A stretch of DNA of 64,000 nt from Mobula hypostoma (Eukaryota). The stretch lies in NCBI RefSeq assembly GCF_963921235.1, contig NC_086103.1, positions 122,822,001-122,886,000 on the forward strand, read 5' to 3'. A program made the position numbers and the translations under genes. How positions within the stretch are numbered: the first letter of the stretch is position 1; each line of letters starts with the position of its first letter. Below the pieces are notes generated by a model that saw only the letters and a list, made by a program, of their open reading frames with translations, was not told the DNA's origin and made no database searches. Shown piece by piece: positions 27,496 to 39,968 of this stretch.

Positions 27496-28180
27496 TTAAC
27501 TTTCTTATGTAAGGATTTTGTTCCATAGGTTTTTCTATTGGAAGAGTCTAGCTTTGGTTGTAATTGTAAATTTAAGTCTCCCCCACATATCAGGAGACCT
27601 TATGTTTCCGTTACCATAATATTAATAATTTTCTGAAAGAAACTAATATCACTTCCTGGGAGTGTGTATATATTCAATAGAGTAACTGATTTTCCGTCTA
27701 TATTCCCCCTTACCAGAATATATCTGCCCTCCTTATCTCCCATTTCGAATACTTTTTCAAAATTTAGCTTGCTTGAGATAAGAATATAACTCCTCTGCTA
27801 TATCCTGATTTATATGAGGAGAAAAACAAATTAGTGAAGCCCATTCTCTTTAATTTTCCATGCTCATTATCACTTAAGTGAGTTTCCTGTAAATATACTA
27901 CATGGGCTTGTTCTTTTTTCAATTTTGGATAGAATTTTACTGCGCTTGATTGCATTTAACAGCCCATAGACATGAAAAGAAAATGAATTTTACTTTGTCC
28001 TTAGCCATGTGTATTTATTTGTCAATATATCATTGAAATTAACAGAATAAAACTAAATTGATCTACTCCCCGAACAAATAAGAACCAAGAAACAGGAATA
28101 ATTTTAAAAAAGGCAACGAAGGTGTGATTCCAAGGCTGAGGTCTCTAGTAGATGACCCTGTGTTGAGCTAGAGGGATACG

Positions 28181-28805
28181 AATTGACAATAAACTAGACT
28201 GGTCAAAGATCACTGAGGCTGTCTACAAGAAGGGTCAGGGCCGTCTCTATTTCCTGAGGAGACTGAGGTCCTTTAACATCTGCCGGACGATGCTGAGGAT
28301 GTTCTACGAGTCTGTGGTGGCCAGTGCTATCATGTTTGCTGTTGTGTGCTGAGCAGCAGGCTGAGGGTAGCAGACACCAACAAAATCAACAAATTCATTC
28401 GTAAGGCCAGTGATGTTGTAGGGATGGAACTAGACTCTCTTACGGTGGTGTCTGAAAAGAGGATGCTGTCTAAGTTGCATGCCATCTTGGTCAATGTCTC
28501 CCATCCACTACATAATGTACTGGTTGGGCACAGGAGTACATTCAGCCAGAGACTCATTCCTCCGAGATGCAGCAAAGAGCGTCATAAGAAGTCATTCCTA
28601 CCTGTGGCCATCAAACTTTACAACTCCTCCCTTGGAGGGTCAGACACCCTGAGCCGATAGGCTGGTCCTGGACTTATTTCATAATTTACTGGCATAATTT
28701 ACATATTACTATTTAACTATTTATGGTTCTATCACTATTTATTATTTATGGTGCAACTGTAACGAAAACCAATTTCCCCCGGGATCAATGAAGTATGACT
28801 ATGAC
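28181..28805 (+). mobile_element. Young Rex1/Babar LINE 3' part
   Basis: RLYFLRRLRSFN-type coding and ORF 28346..28660; tail TATGACTATGAC. Confidence 0.8.
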
Positions 28806-30416
28806 AAAGCTGAAAACATATTCAACTGCATTGCATCATCCATTCATGACAAAGGCCTTGAATGGTCTAATTGTGTAGGATTTAGCAGTGACAACTGCAA
28901 TGTAATGATTGGCAAAAACAACTCTGTCTTATCAAGAGTGAAAGCACAGGCCCCTTATATTTACAGTGTTGGCTGTCCAAGTCACCTGGTCAACATTTGT
29001 GCCAAAACTGCTGCTAAGGAGCTCTCAATGTCACCTGAAGAACTGCTCATTGACATCTACTACTACTTTGAGAAAAGTTCCAAACGAAGAGAAGACCTAA
29101 AACAGTTTCAAGAGTTCTGCAATGTTGCCCAGCAGGGAGTACAAAAGCATTGTCCTACACGCTGGCTCTCTTTAGGAAAAGGTTTGGACCATCTGCTCCA
29201 CTAATGGCCAGCCTTTATTTCATATTTTGAGTCAAAGAGTAAGAATCAGAAGTCATCTCATATTCAGAAGAGGCTGAAAGACCCCCAAATGAAAATATAC
29301 ACATGCTTTCCCCATAATATCACACAACGTTTTGACAAATTCAATTTGGTTTTTCAAAACAAGGCACCTATCCTCTTCAAGTTGGATCAGAGTGTAGAAG
29401 AGCTCCTGCATGACATAGCAAGCAGATTTATTGAGCCAAAGGTATTGAGAGAACAGAACATTCAGGAGATACCCTGAAATTCACCGTCCAGATAAAGAGC
29501 TTTTTATTGGGTACCTGGCAAGGAGGCAGTTGCTAAACGAGGAAGCACAAGAGATTCCCCCCTTACAAGACAAAGCAGTTCTTCAAAGATGCAAGAGCAT
29601 TCTATGTCAGGTGCTTTCAAAACATTTTGGAGAAGTTCCCAATGAGAGACCAAATCTTGAAAAATCTGTCAGTGGTCAATACAGAGAGCCAAGATGAGGT
29701 GAATTCAGAGCAGATTTTGACTTTGTCAGAGAGATTTCCAAATGTGATCAAGCCAGATGCAAGAGAACAGCTCCACTTGGAAGTCCCAGATTATGTCTCA
29801 ACTGACCTTGAAGGACTGGTGCCAAATTACAAAAGTTTGCCAGTTGATGAGTTCTGGGGGAAGCTGGCCAAAGTAAAATCTGTGAGCACAGGGCTGTTGA
29901 GATTCAAAGAGCTCTGCCAGTTGATGAAGCTGCTTTTGGTGCTGCCAAATTCTAATTGTAATGTAGAAAGGGCATTCAGCATGGTGCGTCACATTAAGAC
30001 AGAATTCAGAAGTCATCTGTCTCACAAAATACTTGTGAATCTGATATCTTGCAAAATTACCAAATTCATTGACACAGACTGCTATGAGGTTGAGACTAAT
30101 GGCAAAATGCTCAAATCTGCCAAGCAAGCCACCTCACAGTACAAGGACAGTTTGCAAAAGAAATAGAAAAGCTATTTGCATTAGCATTTAGCTATTAGCA
30201 TTGAGACTACCAACAAAATACTCAATAAGGAATAGATATAGATATGTATATATATAAATAGTTTTAATATGTGATCAAATAAATTGTTGTGTTCTTTTGT
30301 CATCAAATGTCCTGTATACATGTGCCCTTGGAGGTTGACTGGGGTGGGGGGGGGGGCAGTGGCAGGGATGGTGGTGCTACCTCCCTGAAATGAGTTTTTG
30401 CAGGGTGGGATGTCTG
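28806..30416 (+). mobile_element. hAT transposase remnant (ZNF862-like); probable BED-finger piece at 20921-20973
   Basis: SDNCNVM, GCPSHLVN, TRWLS and SNCNVERAFS motifs with stops; terminus GGGATGTCTG. Confidence 0.85.
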
Positions 30417-31399
30417 AAACATTAAGCAACACCGTTGTCTCATCAGTATTAATCAACAAGCTTCAGAACCTGGGCCTCTGAAATTGAGTGATTGGTCTTT
30501 CTGAAATCTCTTTGCAAACAATATTGATTAAACTGTGGTTTCCACTTACAGTTTAGTGAAAGTTGTTGCTTTGATAAGGGAATCTCTGCCCAAAGTGCAG
30601 GTGTGCAGCCTTTCTTACACCTCCTCAGTCCAGTTGCTGAAGCTTAATTGGTTTTGCCATTTTTTCACTATTGTTTCTTATGGACTAAACCAAAGTATGG
30701 ATTCCTTGAACCCTGTGCATTGGGAAGGTTCCTGAAGCAGTGAGAGGTTGCTTTCCATAGAGGGCACTGATGCATCGCTTCCTATTGCAGCATCACATCA
30801 AATTTTCGCAATTTCAGTGAATCCTGATCTATTTTCCCCAGTTTGACACATTAAATTTTAGATAAAGATTTGCTGTTCAAACTCTTAAACCGTCGTATCA
30901 TGCGTTCAACTAAATATTGTGTATTGCTTTCGTAGTGTATGGTGTTGTATGCATTTGCAGTATGCATAGAAATTAACATAAGTTAGAGTTCCTTACTCAT
31001 TCTAACAATATAACTTTCTTTTCATCTTTTTTTCTCTTTAATCTTGGAAGGTTCACCAGCCAGTCCTGGTGAAGGGTCTCTGCTTGAAATGTCTACTGTT
31101 TATTCCTCTCCATTAATGCTACTTGACCTGCTGCATTTAGTGTGTTATTCTGGCAGGTTCACCTGTTTCTTGGATGGTGGAACTGCCTTTTGAGGAGGGA
31201 TGAGACGGACTTGGCATGAAATCGTTACTTGAGAAGCATGAAAGAACATTGCTTTAAAACTTAGAAAATTTGTACAAACATACAAAGAGGGCTTAACTAG
31301 GTTCTGCTTCCAGGAATCATGAGTGTGTTTTCCTCACTCAAAGGAATCTACAGCACTCTATTACATTATGACTGACAAGGTTCCTTAAGATTGTCATAA

Positions 31400-31935
31400 C
31401 CGAGGGAGGTAGTGCGGATAAGGCCCACTACCTATGAAATGTTCCCAGTGGTGTGCGTCTCAAATAGCCTCTGACAAGCAACTTCATCTCCTGGCCTTCA
31501 CATGTGGCTTAGCTACTAAGCATGGCAGAATTGTTCTACTGACAGGAGAAGAGGCAAAAGTGAGCTAGATACACCGTAAAATCAGACTTTTCAGGCAGAT
31601 GGAGCCTAAAGGAAAGCTCTGATCCCAAACCCCCACTGCCTTGCAGCTATAGCCACTCATGGGGAAGGCTTCAGGAGAAAACCCCCGGGAAAAATCGGGA
31701 GCAGGAGTCCCTAAAGCAGTCTTGCGTTGAGTTCAACTTTGACTGGCAACTTCTGCAATGCCGCTGGTGCCAAATTGTATTGGTCTCTGCCGTTCCTTTG
31801 AATTCATCAGCTGCATGGAGAAGGGGAGGCTGCTACATGGGCAACAACTTGCTCTCCATTTTGTACCACCCTGGCTTGTGTATCATATAGAGAGCTAGGA
31901 CGCAGTATCCGTGGTCTACCCCAACCAACAGAGGG
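31400..31935. repeat. Dispersed ~400-500 bp non-autonomous repeat (copies at 42145-42510 and 50105-50595)
   Basis: Shared AAA(T/C)AGCCTCTGAC..CCTGGCC(T/C)TCA..TTAGCTA and GCATGGAGA..CTTGCTCTCCAT blocks. Confidence 0.7.
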
Positions 31936-32204
31936 CCACAAAATTACTGATAAATGTGAAATTTGTTGTGTGTGACAGCAGTACTGTGCAGACAAAATGA
32001 ATAATGAGGTAGTGTTCAATGGCCGAAGGATCCGTGATAGGGTGAAGACCAAAGGAGATTGCATGATGGCTACAAGAGGCTTTGAAGGGTACTGAATAGC
32101 AGAAGGTGTGTCCAGAGGAGATGTATATGGATGGAGACCATAAAATCCGGAAGAGACACACAAAAACAGATACAAGGCTGAAAAAAGCTAATTTTCTGAA
32201 AATG

Positions 32205-32780
32205 TAAATGTAATTGTTATAGAACAATATAGCACAGAACCCAGCCCTTCAACCAACCTAGACTATGCTGAACTATTATTCTGCCTAGTCCCATCAACCT
32301 GCATCTGGACCATAGCTCTCCATACCCCTCCCATCCACGTACCTCTCCAAACTTTACAGTAATGTTCAAATTGAACCTGCATCAACCACTCCGCTGGCAG
32401 CTCATTTTACATTCCCGTCCCACTCTTTGAGTGAAGAAGTTCCCCATGTTCCCCTTAAAATTCTCACTTTTTACCCTTAATCTATGACCTCTAGATCTAG
32501 TCTCACCTAATCTCAGGGAAAATGCAGGAAGGCTTTTTCCACTATCGATACACCACATTTATACCTCCATCAAAACTCCTCTCATTCTCCTTCACTCTGG
32601 GAAGAAATTCCTAACCTATTCAATATTTTGCTATAACTCGGGTCAACAATTCCCAGCAATATCCTTGTAATTTTCCTCTGTACTATTTCAATCTTGTTGA
32701 TAACTTTCCTGTAGGTAGGTAATCAGAACTGGATGCAATATCACAAATTAGGTCTCATCAATATCTTGTACAACTTGTAC
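32205..32780 (-). mobile_element. CR1 LINE 3' end
   Basis: LYKILMRPNL coding end; similar to 9090-9660. Confidence 0.7.
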
Positions 32781-32935
32781 AGAAACAGTCCAAAGGCTTC
32801 TTGATTCACAGAATGAATCGAACTGCTGATTCGGAAAGGCAAAAGGTGGAGGTGTGTTTCATGATAAACTGTCGGTTGTGTGCCAATGTGCTGGTTTTGT
32901 CGAATGTGTGTTCCCCGATCTTGAACACCTAATAA

Positions 32936-35900
32936 TCTTTCAATATTTTTATTAGTTTCTACATAGAAGAATACAGAGTACAAGAAAGTATACATAAAGA
33001 TCGAAAAAAAAACAACTACCAATTATATTATATCTATTCATGATAACTCATTACCCCATATTCATGTGGGTTAGTCAAAGTTATATTGAAATATACTAAT
33101 TTATTACAAAATAAGAATCTAACCCCTACCTAGACCGAAGCTGTTTATTAAGGAGCCCTCCTAGCTATAAGAGAGCTAAAGGCCAAAATATGTGAATCTG
33201 ATGTCTTCAACTTGATATCTTGTCCTGCAACAATACTGAATAGGGCTGTCAGAGGATTAGGCTTAAAATTGACTTTGAAAAGTAAAGAAAAAGTTTGGAA
33301 AAACTTCCTTCCAATATTTTTCAAGACATGGACAAGTCCAAAATATATGAATTAATGAAGCTTCTCCATTATTGCATCCATCACAGTAGGGAGATATATC
33401 CGAATAAAAATGAGATAGCTTATCTTTAGTCATATGGACTCTATGTACCACCTTAAATTGTATGAAGGAATGGCGAGAACATAGTGATGACGTATTAACC
33501 AGTTTAAAAATTTCATTCCAAGTTTCCTCAAATATTGATGTGTAAAAGTCTTGTTCACAGAGATCTTTAATTTTGCCTAAAGAAACATTCCTCGTCTCCA
33601 GTAACGTACCATAAATATTAGATATTGAACCATTATAAAAAGGTGTCAAATTTAAAATTACGTCTAGTAAGTTCTTATCTGAGCTTATAGGAAATGTGCA
33701 TAATTGAGATCTTAGAAAGTCTCTAATTTGTAGATATCTAAAAAAGTGAGTTTTAGGTCGGCTATATTTAGCTGACAATTGCTCAAATGAAAAAAGATTT
33801 CCTCCAACAAACAGGTCCCAAAAACGTTTAATACCCAACCTGTCCTATTCTTTAAAAACTAAATCAGTCATGGAGGGTTAAAAAAAAATTAGAATAGTTT
33901 TTGGGACTAGAAAGGGTAAATCAAGTAAACCAAAATGTTTTCTAAATTGTATCCAGATCCTCAGAGTATGTTTAGCTATTAAATCATCAGTTAGTTTACT
34001 TACAAATAAAGGAAGTGAGGACCCAAGAAGAGAAATAATAGAAAATTTGTTAACAGAATTAACTTCTAAAGGAACCCATACTGGATGGTCTACACAATTA
34101 ATATAATATATCCAAAACATAAGATATCGTATATTAACTGCCCAGTAATAAAACCTAAAATTAGGTAAAGCTAATCCTCCAGACTTTTTTAGGTTTTTGA
34201 AGATGAACTTTATTAAAACGAGGATGTTTATTTTTCCATATATATTATTATAGGCATCCGTTAGTCTCGTGAGACCATGGATTTGCGCCTTGGAAGGTTT
34301 CCAGGGCGCAGGCCTGGGCAAGGTTGTGTGGAAGACCGGCAGTTGCTCTTGCTGCAAGTCTCCCCTCTCCACGCCACCGATGTTGTCCAAGGGAAGGGCA
34401 CTAGGGCCGATACAGCTTGGCACCGGTCACAGAGCAATGTGTGGTTAAGTGCCTTGCTCAAGGATACAACACGCTGCCTCAGCTGAGGCTCAAACTAGCG
34501 ACCTTCAGATCACTAGATCACTTTTCCATATATAGGAGGATAAAATAGATTCAAGAGAGTCAAAAAAAGGATTTAGGAATAAAAATGGGTAAAGCCTGAA
34601 AAAGATATATAAATTTAGGTAGAATATTCATTTTAATAGAATTAATTCGTCCAATCAATGATATTGAAAGAGGTGACCAATTTAATATCTTTTTTACATG
34701 GTTCAATAAAGTAAGACAGTTTTCTTTAAACAGGTATTTGTAATTCTTAATGATTGTTACACCCAAATAAGTAAATTGATTCCTTACAATTTTAAAAGGA
34801 AGATTAGTATTAATTGGTGCCAAATTATTTAAAGGAAATAATTCACTCTTATGTAACTGGCTAAAATGGGAGAGTAAAGAAAGTACACAAGGTAACAAAA
34901 TCTCAACATTAGAGATAAAAAGCAATATATCATCATTGTAAAGTGAGATTTTGTGGATAATACCTCTCCTTAAAATACCACAGGTATTATTAGATTCTCG
35001 AAAAGCAATAACAAGGGATTCTAAAGTTAAATCAAAAAGCAAAGGACTCAACAGACAGCCTTGTCTACAAACGCTTGTAGTTCCGCAGTGAAGTTTAAAT
35101 GGTTTGGAGTTTTGAAAATTAGTAAGAACTCGAGCAGAAGGAGATAAAGTAACTTAATCCATTGAATAAAATCTGGTCCAAAATTAAATTTTTCTAATGT
35201 TTTAAGTAAATAATTCCATTCAACCTGATCAGCATCTAAGGATATCATACATTCTGATATCTCCTGAGAAGGAGAGTAAGTAACATTTAATACACGGCGT
35301 ATATTAAAATGGGAATGTCAGTTTTTAATAAATCCAGTCTGATCATCAGAAATAATAGAAAGTAAAATATTTTCAATCCTATGAGCCAGAACTTTAGAAA
35401 AAATTTTAGTATCTACATTAAGTAATGAAACTGGCCTATGTGAATAGCATTCAGTTGGATCCTTGTTCTTTTTTTAGGATAAGCAAAATGGAAGCTTCAT
35501 AAAAAGATTGAGGCAAACTACCCAATTTGAAAGAATCCAAAAAGACTAAGTGTAACTGCGGCATAACTAATGAAGAAAAAGCCTTATAAAATTCTCCAGA
35601 AATTCCATCTGGACCCAAGCCTTCCCCGAGTCTAATGAACGTATAGCCTCAGCGATTTCCTCATAAGAAATGGGTTGATCCATCTGTTTGCAATTATCTG
35701 CAGAAAGTGCAGGGATATTTAATTGATCTAAAAAATTGTTCATTACAATATTATCTTTAGGGAAGTCAGAACTATAAAGTTTAGAATAGAATTCTCTAAA
35801 GGTATCATTTATTTCAGAGTAATCATTTGTCCTATCACCATTAGTTTTGCAAATTTCTTTAATTTGTTGTTTAACTACATAAGTTTTTAATTGGTTGGCC

Positions 35901-38660
35901 AATGTTTTGCCTGGTTTATCTCCGTGAATGTAAAATTGAGTTTTATCTTTAAGAAGTTGAGTTTCAATTGGATATGTTAACAGAAGATCATATTTAGTTT
36001 TAACTTCAACACGTCTTTTATATAAAACAGGATCTGGAGCTATAGCATATTGTTTTAATTGATTGGCTAATTCAATTCTTTCTTTATTAGCCTTATTCTT
36101 AACCCTCACAGTATGAGAAATAATTTGTCCTCTAATATAGGCCTTGAAAGTATCCCATACAATAAGATTAGAAGTCTGTTCCTTTTTATTCTCTTCAAAA
36201 AACAAAATACTACGTTTCTCTAGAAATTTTAAAAATTCTTTATCAGATAACAAAGTTGTATTAAAACACCAGAAACTGTTGGTTTGAAGAAGACCAGGGA
36301 GTTTTAAAGATAAAAAATATAGGAGCATGATCTGAAACAGCAATCTCTTTATATTCACAGGAGCGAACTGATGAGATCATTTGACTATTGATAAAAAAAT
36401 AATCAATCCTGGAATATGTGTGATGAACATGGGGAAAAGAATGAATATTCCCTATCTAAGGGATGTAAGAAATGACAAACATCAACTATACCACACTTCA
36501 ATAAAAAAGGATTGAATAAACAAAGTTGATTTATTAAGAGACGTTGGTTTAGAAGTTGATCAGTCTAAAATTGGGTCTAGCCAACAGTTAAAATCTCCTT
36601 CCATCACCAATGAATAAAATTTCAGATCTGGTAAAAACGAAAAAAAGCATTCAAAGAATCCTGGGTCATCTACATTTGGGGCAGACACATTGGCAAATGC
36701 TATTAACTTATTATCTAGTTTTCCTGAGACTGTAACAAAACGTCCATTAGTATCAGACACTACTTTATGTTGGATAAAGGAAAGTATATTGTCTATAAGA
36801 ATCAAAACTCCTCTAGATTTGGCCTGTAAAGGGTGAAAACAAAGTCTATTCCAACGGCTAAAAAAACGTAGATTATCACATTTGTGTATGTGAGTTTCTT
36901 GTAAAAAAAATAATAGGGACCTTAAATTTCTTAATATAAGCAAAAATCTTATTATGTTTTACAGGGTGATTTAACCCTTTCATGTTAAAACTGAGTAAAT
37001 TAATAGTTTGGTCTATTTTTAATATTATTTAAAGAAAGGGTTAAAATGTAAGTTAAAAACCAAGCCATAAACCTTGAGAAATGGTAACCAAGCAACAAGT
37101 TGGCTAAAAATTCGAAAACAGCTTCTAGGGAAAAAAAAACCATAACCCCACTCACCTCCCAAAGAAAGAAAATCGACCAAAAGAAAGTCGGCATGTATAA
37201 ACTACTGACAACCCCCCAAAAACCTGGTGATCGCTCCAATTAGTTTCAAGGTTATTTATATTCCAACCTAGACTAAACAATACCCAAACAAGAGATTCAG
37301 CTATCGTATATCAAAAATACAGTATTAAAAATAGGAAAGGAAATTAGTTACAAAGGTTTACCAAAAGTAAAAGATACAATTATTCATACAGATAGACGTT
37401 AAATATTAATCTTATATCTTCATGGAAAATCAGACTAAGCAATTAGCTTTCAAATTTAAAAAAAAATCTTTGCTTCAGCATTCAAATGAAACCCTTCGAA
37501 GGGTCCATCTTTAATGAGATTCTCAGTCAAACTGGGTAACCAAGGGATGGGTTAAAACCCTTGTTAAAAAAATTCCAACAGAGCTTGTTTAAATTTAGCA
37601 CACTCCTGCATAACCTCAAGCGAATAACCTTTGAAAATCTTAATATTCCACCCCATAACCAGACATACCCCTTTGATGGGATTTATGAATTAAAAGTTTC
37701 TCATTTAATCTTGTGTCTTCATGTAAGGAGGAAACTAAACAGTTAGTCTTTGGATTTAACCATCGGATTTTAAGAACTTTTGTGTTTCAATAGTTGAGTG
37801 GAACCATTTGAAAGAACCGTTTTTAAGTGTGATTCTGAGTTGGGCTGGGTAGCGAAGGGAAGGCTTGAAACCCATATTAAAGAGCTCGGACATAACTTCT
37901 TTGAATTTAACACATTCCTGCATAACCTCAGGCGAATAATCTTCAACAATTATAATCTTGCGACCATTATAGTCAATCATGCCTCTTTGATGAGATTTGT
38001 GAATTAAGAATTCCTTTGTTTTAAATTCATGAAAGCAGATTATTACTGATCTTGGTTTCTGAGCGTTAGGAGATCTAAACGCAGGAGATCTGTGAACTCA
38101 ATTGATTATAGACACAGTTGTCAAAGTCTCCGGAAATAATTCTTGCAAAAAGTTTTCAAAAAACTCCATAGGATAGTTACCTTCGATTAATTCTTCCAGA
38201 TCTAGAACCCGTAGGTTGTTCCTTCTACTTATATTTTCTAGGTCGATAATCTTCTGTCTGAACTTTCCATTGGACTTCAATTGCTTTTCACAAAGCTTCT
38301 GCAATGCATCCACTTCCGTTTCAAGAGCCGACAAATTTTCCTCATTATTTTTAATACATTTATCGTGTTCATTAAAAGTTTGTTGAATAGAGTCCAATTT
38401 ACCATCTATTTGTTTAAATTCAGTGCTGAATTGTTGAAACTTCTCACAGGCTTCTCGTGTATGACTTTGCAGCAATTCCATCATAGAATCCAAAGAGGCA
38501 GGAAAATCATCCTTTTTAGTACCTCTGGCACTCCTTCTGGCCATAATGAAAGAATATCACACTTTAAAAAAGAAATTTCAAGACAGTTTGGAAATAGTAA
38601 GATAATTTAAGTTGGAGCAACAGTGGATTGCTGTTACTCCATCAGCCACCACCAGGAAAT
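32936..38660 (-). mobile_element. Full-length but decayed L1 LINE (5'UTR, ORF1, spacer, ORF2, 3' tail) with TSD
   Basis: ORF1 38544->37756 (coiled coil, DLENISRRNNLR, EDYSPEV, LRYPAQLRI); ORF2 pieces 36943->33263 (LQETH, YNDDILL, C..C..HIFWTC); TSD AACACCTAATA on both sides. Confidence 0.92.
34245..34520 (-). mobile_element. SINE inserted in L1 ORF2 with TSD
   Basis: GC-rich insert with (TAA)n tail; TTTTCCATATAT on both sides. Confidence 0.7.
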
Positions 38661-39329
38661 CTCAAACACCTAATAGTCAAATGCCATCTGTTCTATTTAC
38701 CAAGGGAATTCTCCTCCATTATCCTGACCACAGTTTACATACCACCAGTGGCAGACTATAATCGAGCTCTTGAGATATGATGCCATCACCAAACAAGGAA
38801 GTCTATCCAGAAGCATTTCAAATCATAATCAGAGTTCAACCAGGCTTGTTTGAAGAAAAAACTGCCCACTTACCATCAGCATATAACCTGTAGCACCGGA
38901 GGTCCCAAAACACTAGGCCAACATTATACTAAAGTAAGGAATGCCTAGTGTTCTATGCTCAGACTGCATTTCAGTGAACCTGATCACTTGGCTGTCCTTC
39001 TCCTACCTGCATATACCGTAGGCAGAGGCTAAAGGCAAAGCTCCAGAGATCAGGACAACAAAGAGGTGGTCGTGGGAGGCAGAGGAGCAGCTACAGGATT
39101 TCTTTTGAGTTGGTAGACTGGGCTGTGTTCAAGGACTCATCTGTAGATCTGAATGAATACATGATGGTTGTCACGGACTTACAGCTGTTGACAAGTGTCA
39201 TTCAGAGATTTTCCCAGCCAGAAGCCCTAGATGAACCATGAGATCCGCAATCTGCTGAGGGCCTGAGGAATTTAAGTCTGGTGACCAACAATGTTACAAA
39301 AGGTCCAGGTATGATCTCTGGAAAGCCGT

Positions 39330-39968
39330 TTATGATGATGATTATGAGGACACGCAGTCCCCTTTTATTGTCATTTAGTAACGCATGCATTAAGAAATGA
39401 TAAAATGTTTTTCCAGAATGATATCACGAAAACACTTGACAAACCGACTTAAAAACTAACAAAAAACACATAATTATAACATATAGTTACAACAGTGCAA
39501 AGCAATACCGTAATTTGGTAAGAACAGACCATGGCACAGTAAAAGTCTCAAAGTGTCTTGAAAGTCTCATCATCTCACGCAGACAGTAAACCTCCAGCGC
39601 CGCCAACTTGCCGGTGCAACATCCCGGAAGCATCCGACCACAGTCCAACTCCGAGTCCGTCCGAAAAACTCCGAGCCTCCGACCGCCTCCTGACACCGAG
39701 CACCAAGCATCATCTCTGCCGAGTGCTTCGACCCCGGCCCTGGCAACAGGTGATAGGCAAAGCTGAGGATTTGGGGCCTTCGTTTCCAGAGATTCTTGAT
39801 CGCACAGTAGCAACGGCAGCAAAGCAGGCATTTCAGAAGTTACTCCAGATGTTCCTCTGCGCTCCTCACGGCTGTCTCCATCAAATCCGGATTGTGCACG
39901 GCACCCCTAGTTACACATATCCATATCATTCAGAATGGCCGCGCGCACTGCGTTGCGCCACCATCTTC
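39330..39968 (-). mobile_element. GC-rich ~630 bp non-autonomous retroelement
   Basis: Reverse complement of 49194-49820 (shared LLNDNKRGLR translation in the ORF track). Confidence 0.75.

Larger units (their letters stand above)
20971..28180 (-). mobile_element. L1-clade LINE, ORF2 plus 3' tail (ORF1 missing), with nested insertions
   Basis: ORF2 ATG at 28008; endonuclease (YLQETH, SDHAP), RT ([17 protein letters not shown]), A-rich tail at 20971; frameshifted. Confidence 0.9.

Noticed and set aside
28788-30166. ZNF862-like gene
   Set aside because: The start MKYDYD is the Rex1 tail repeat; the transposase has several stops and frameshifts.
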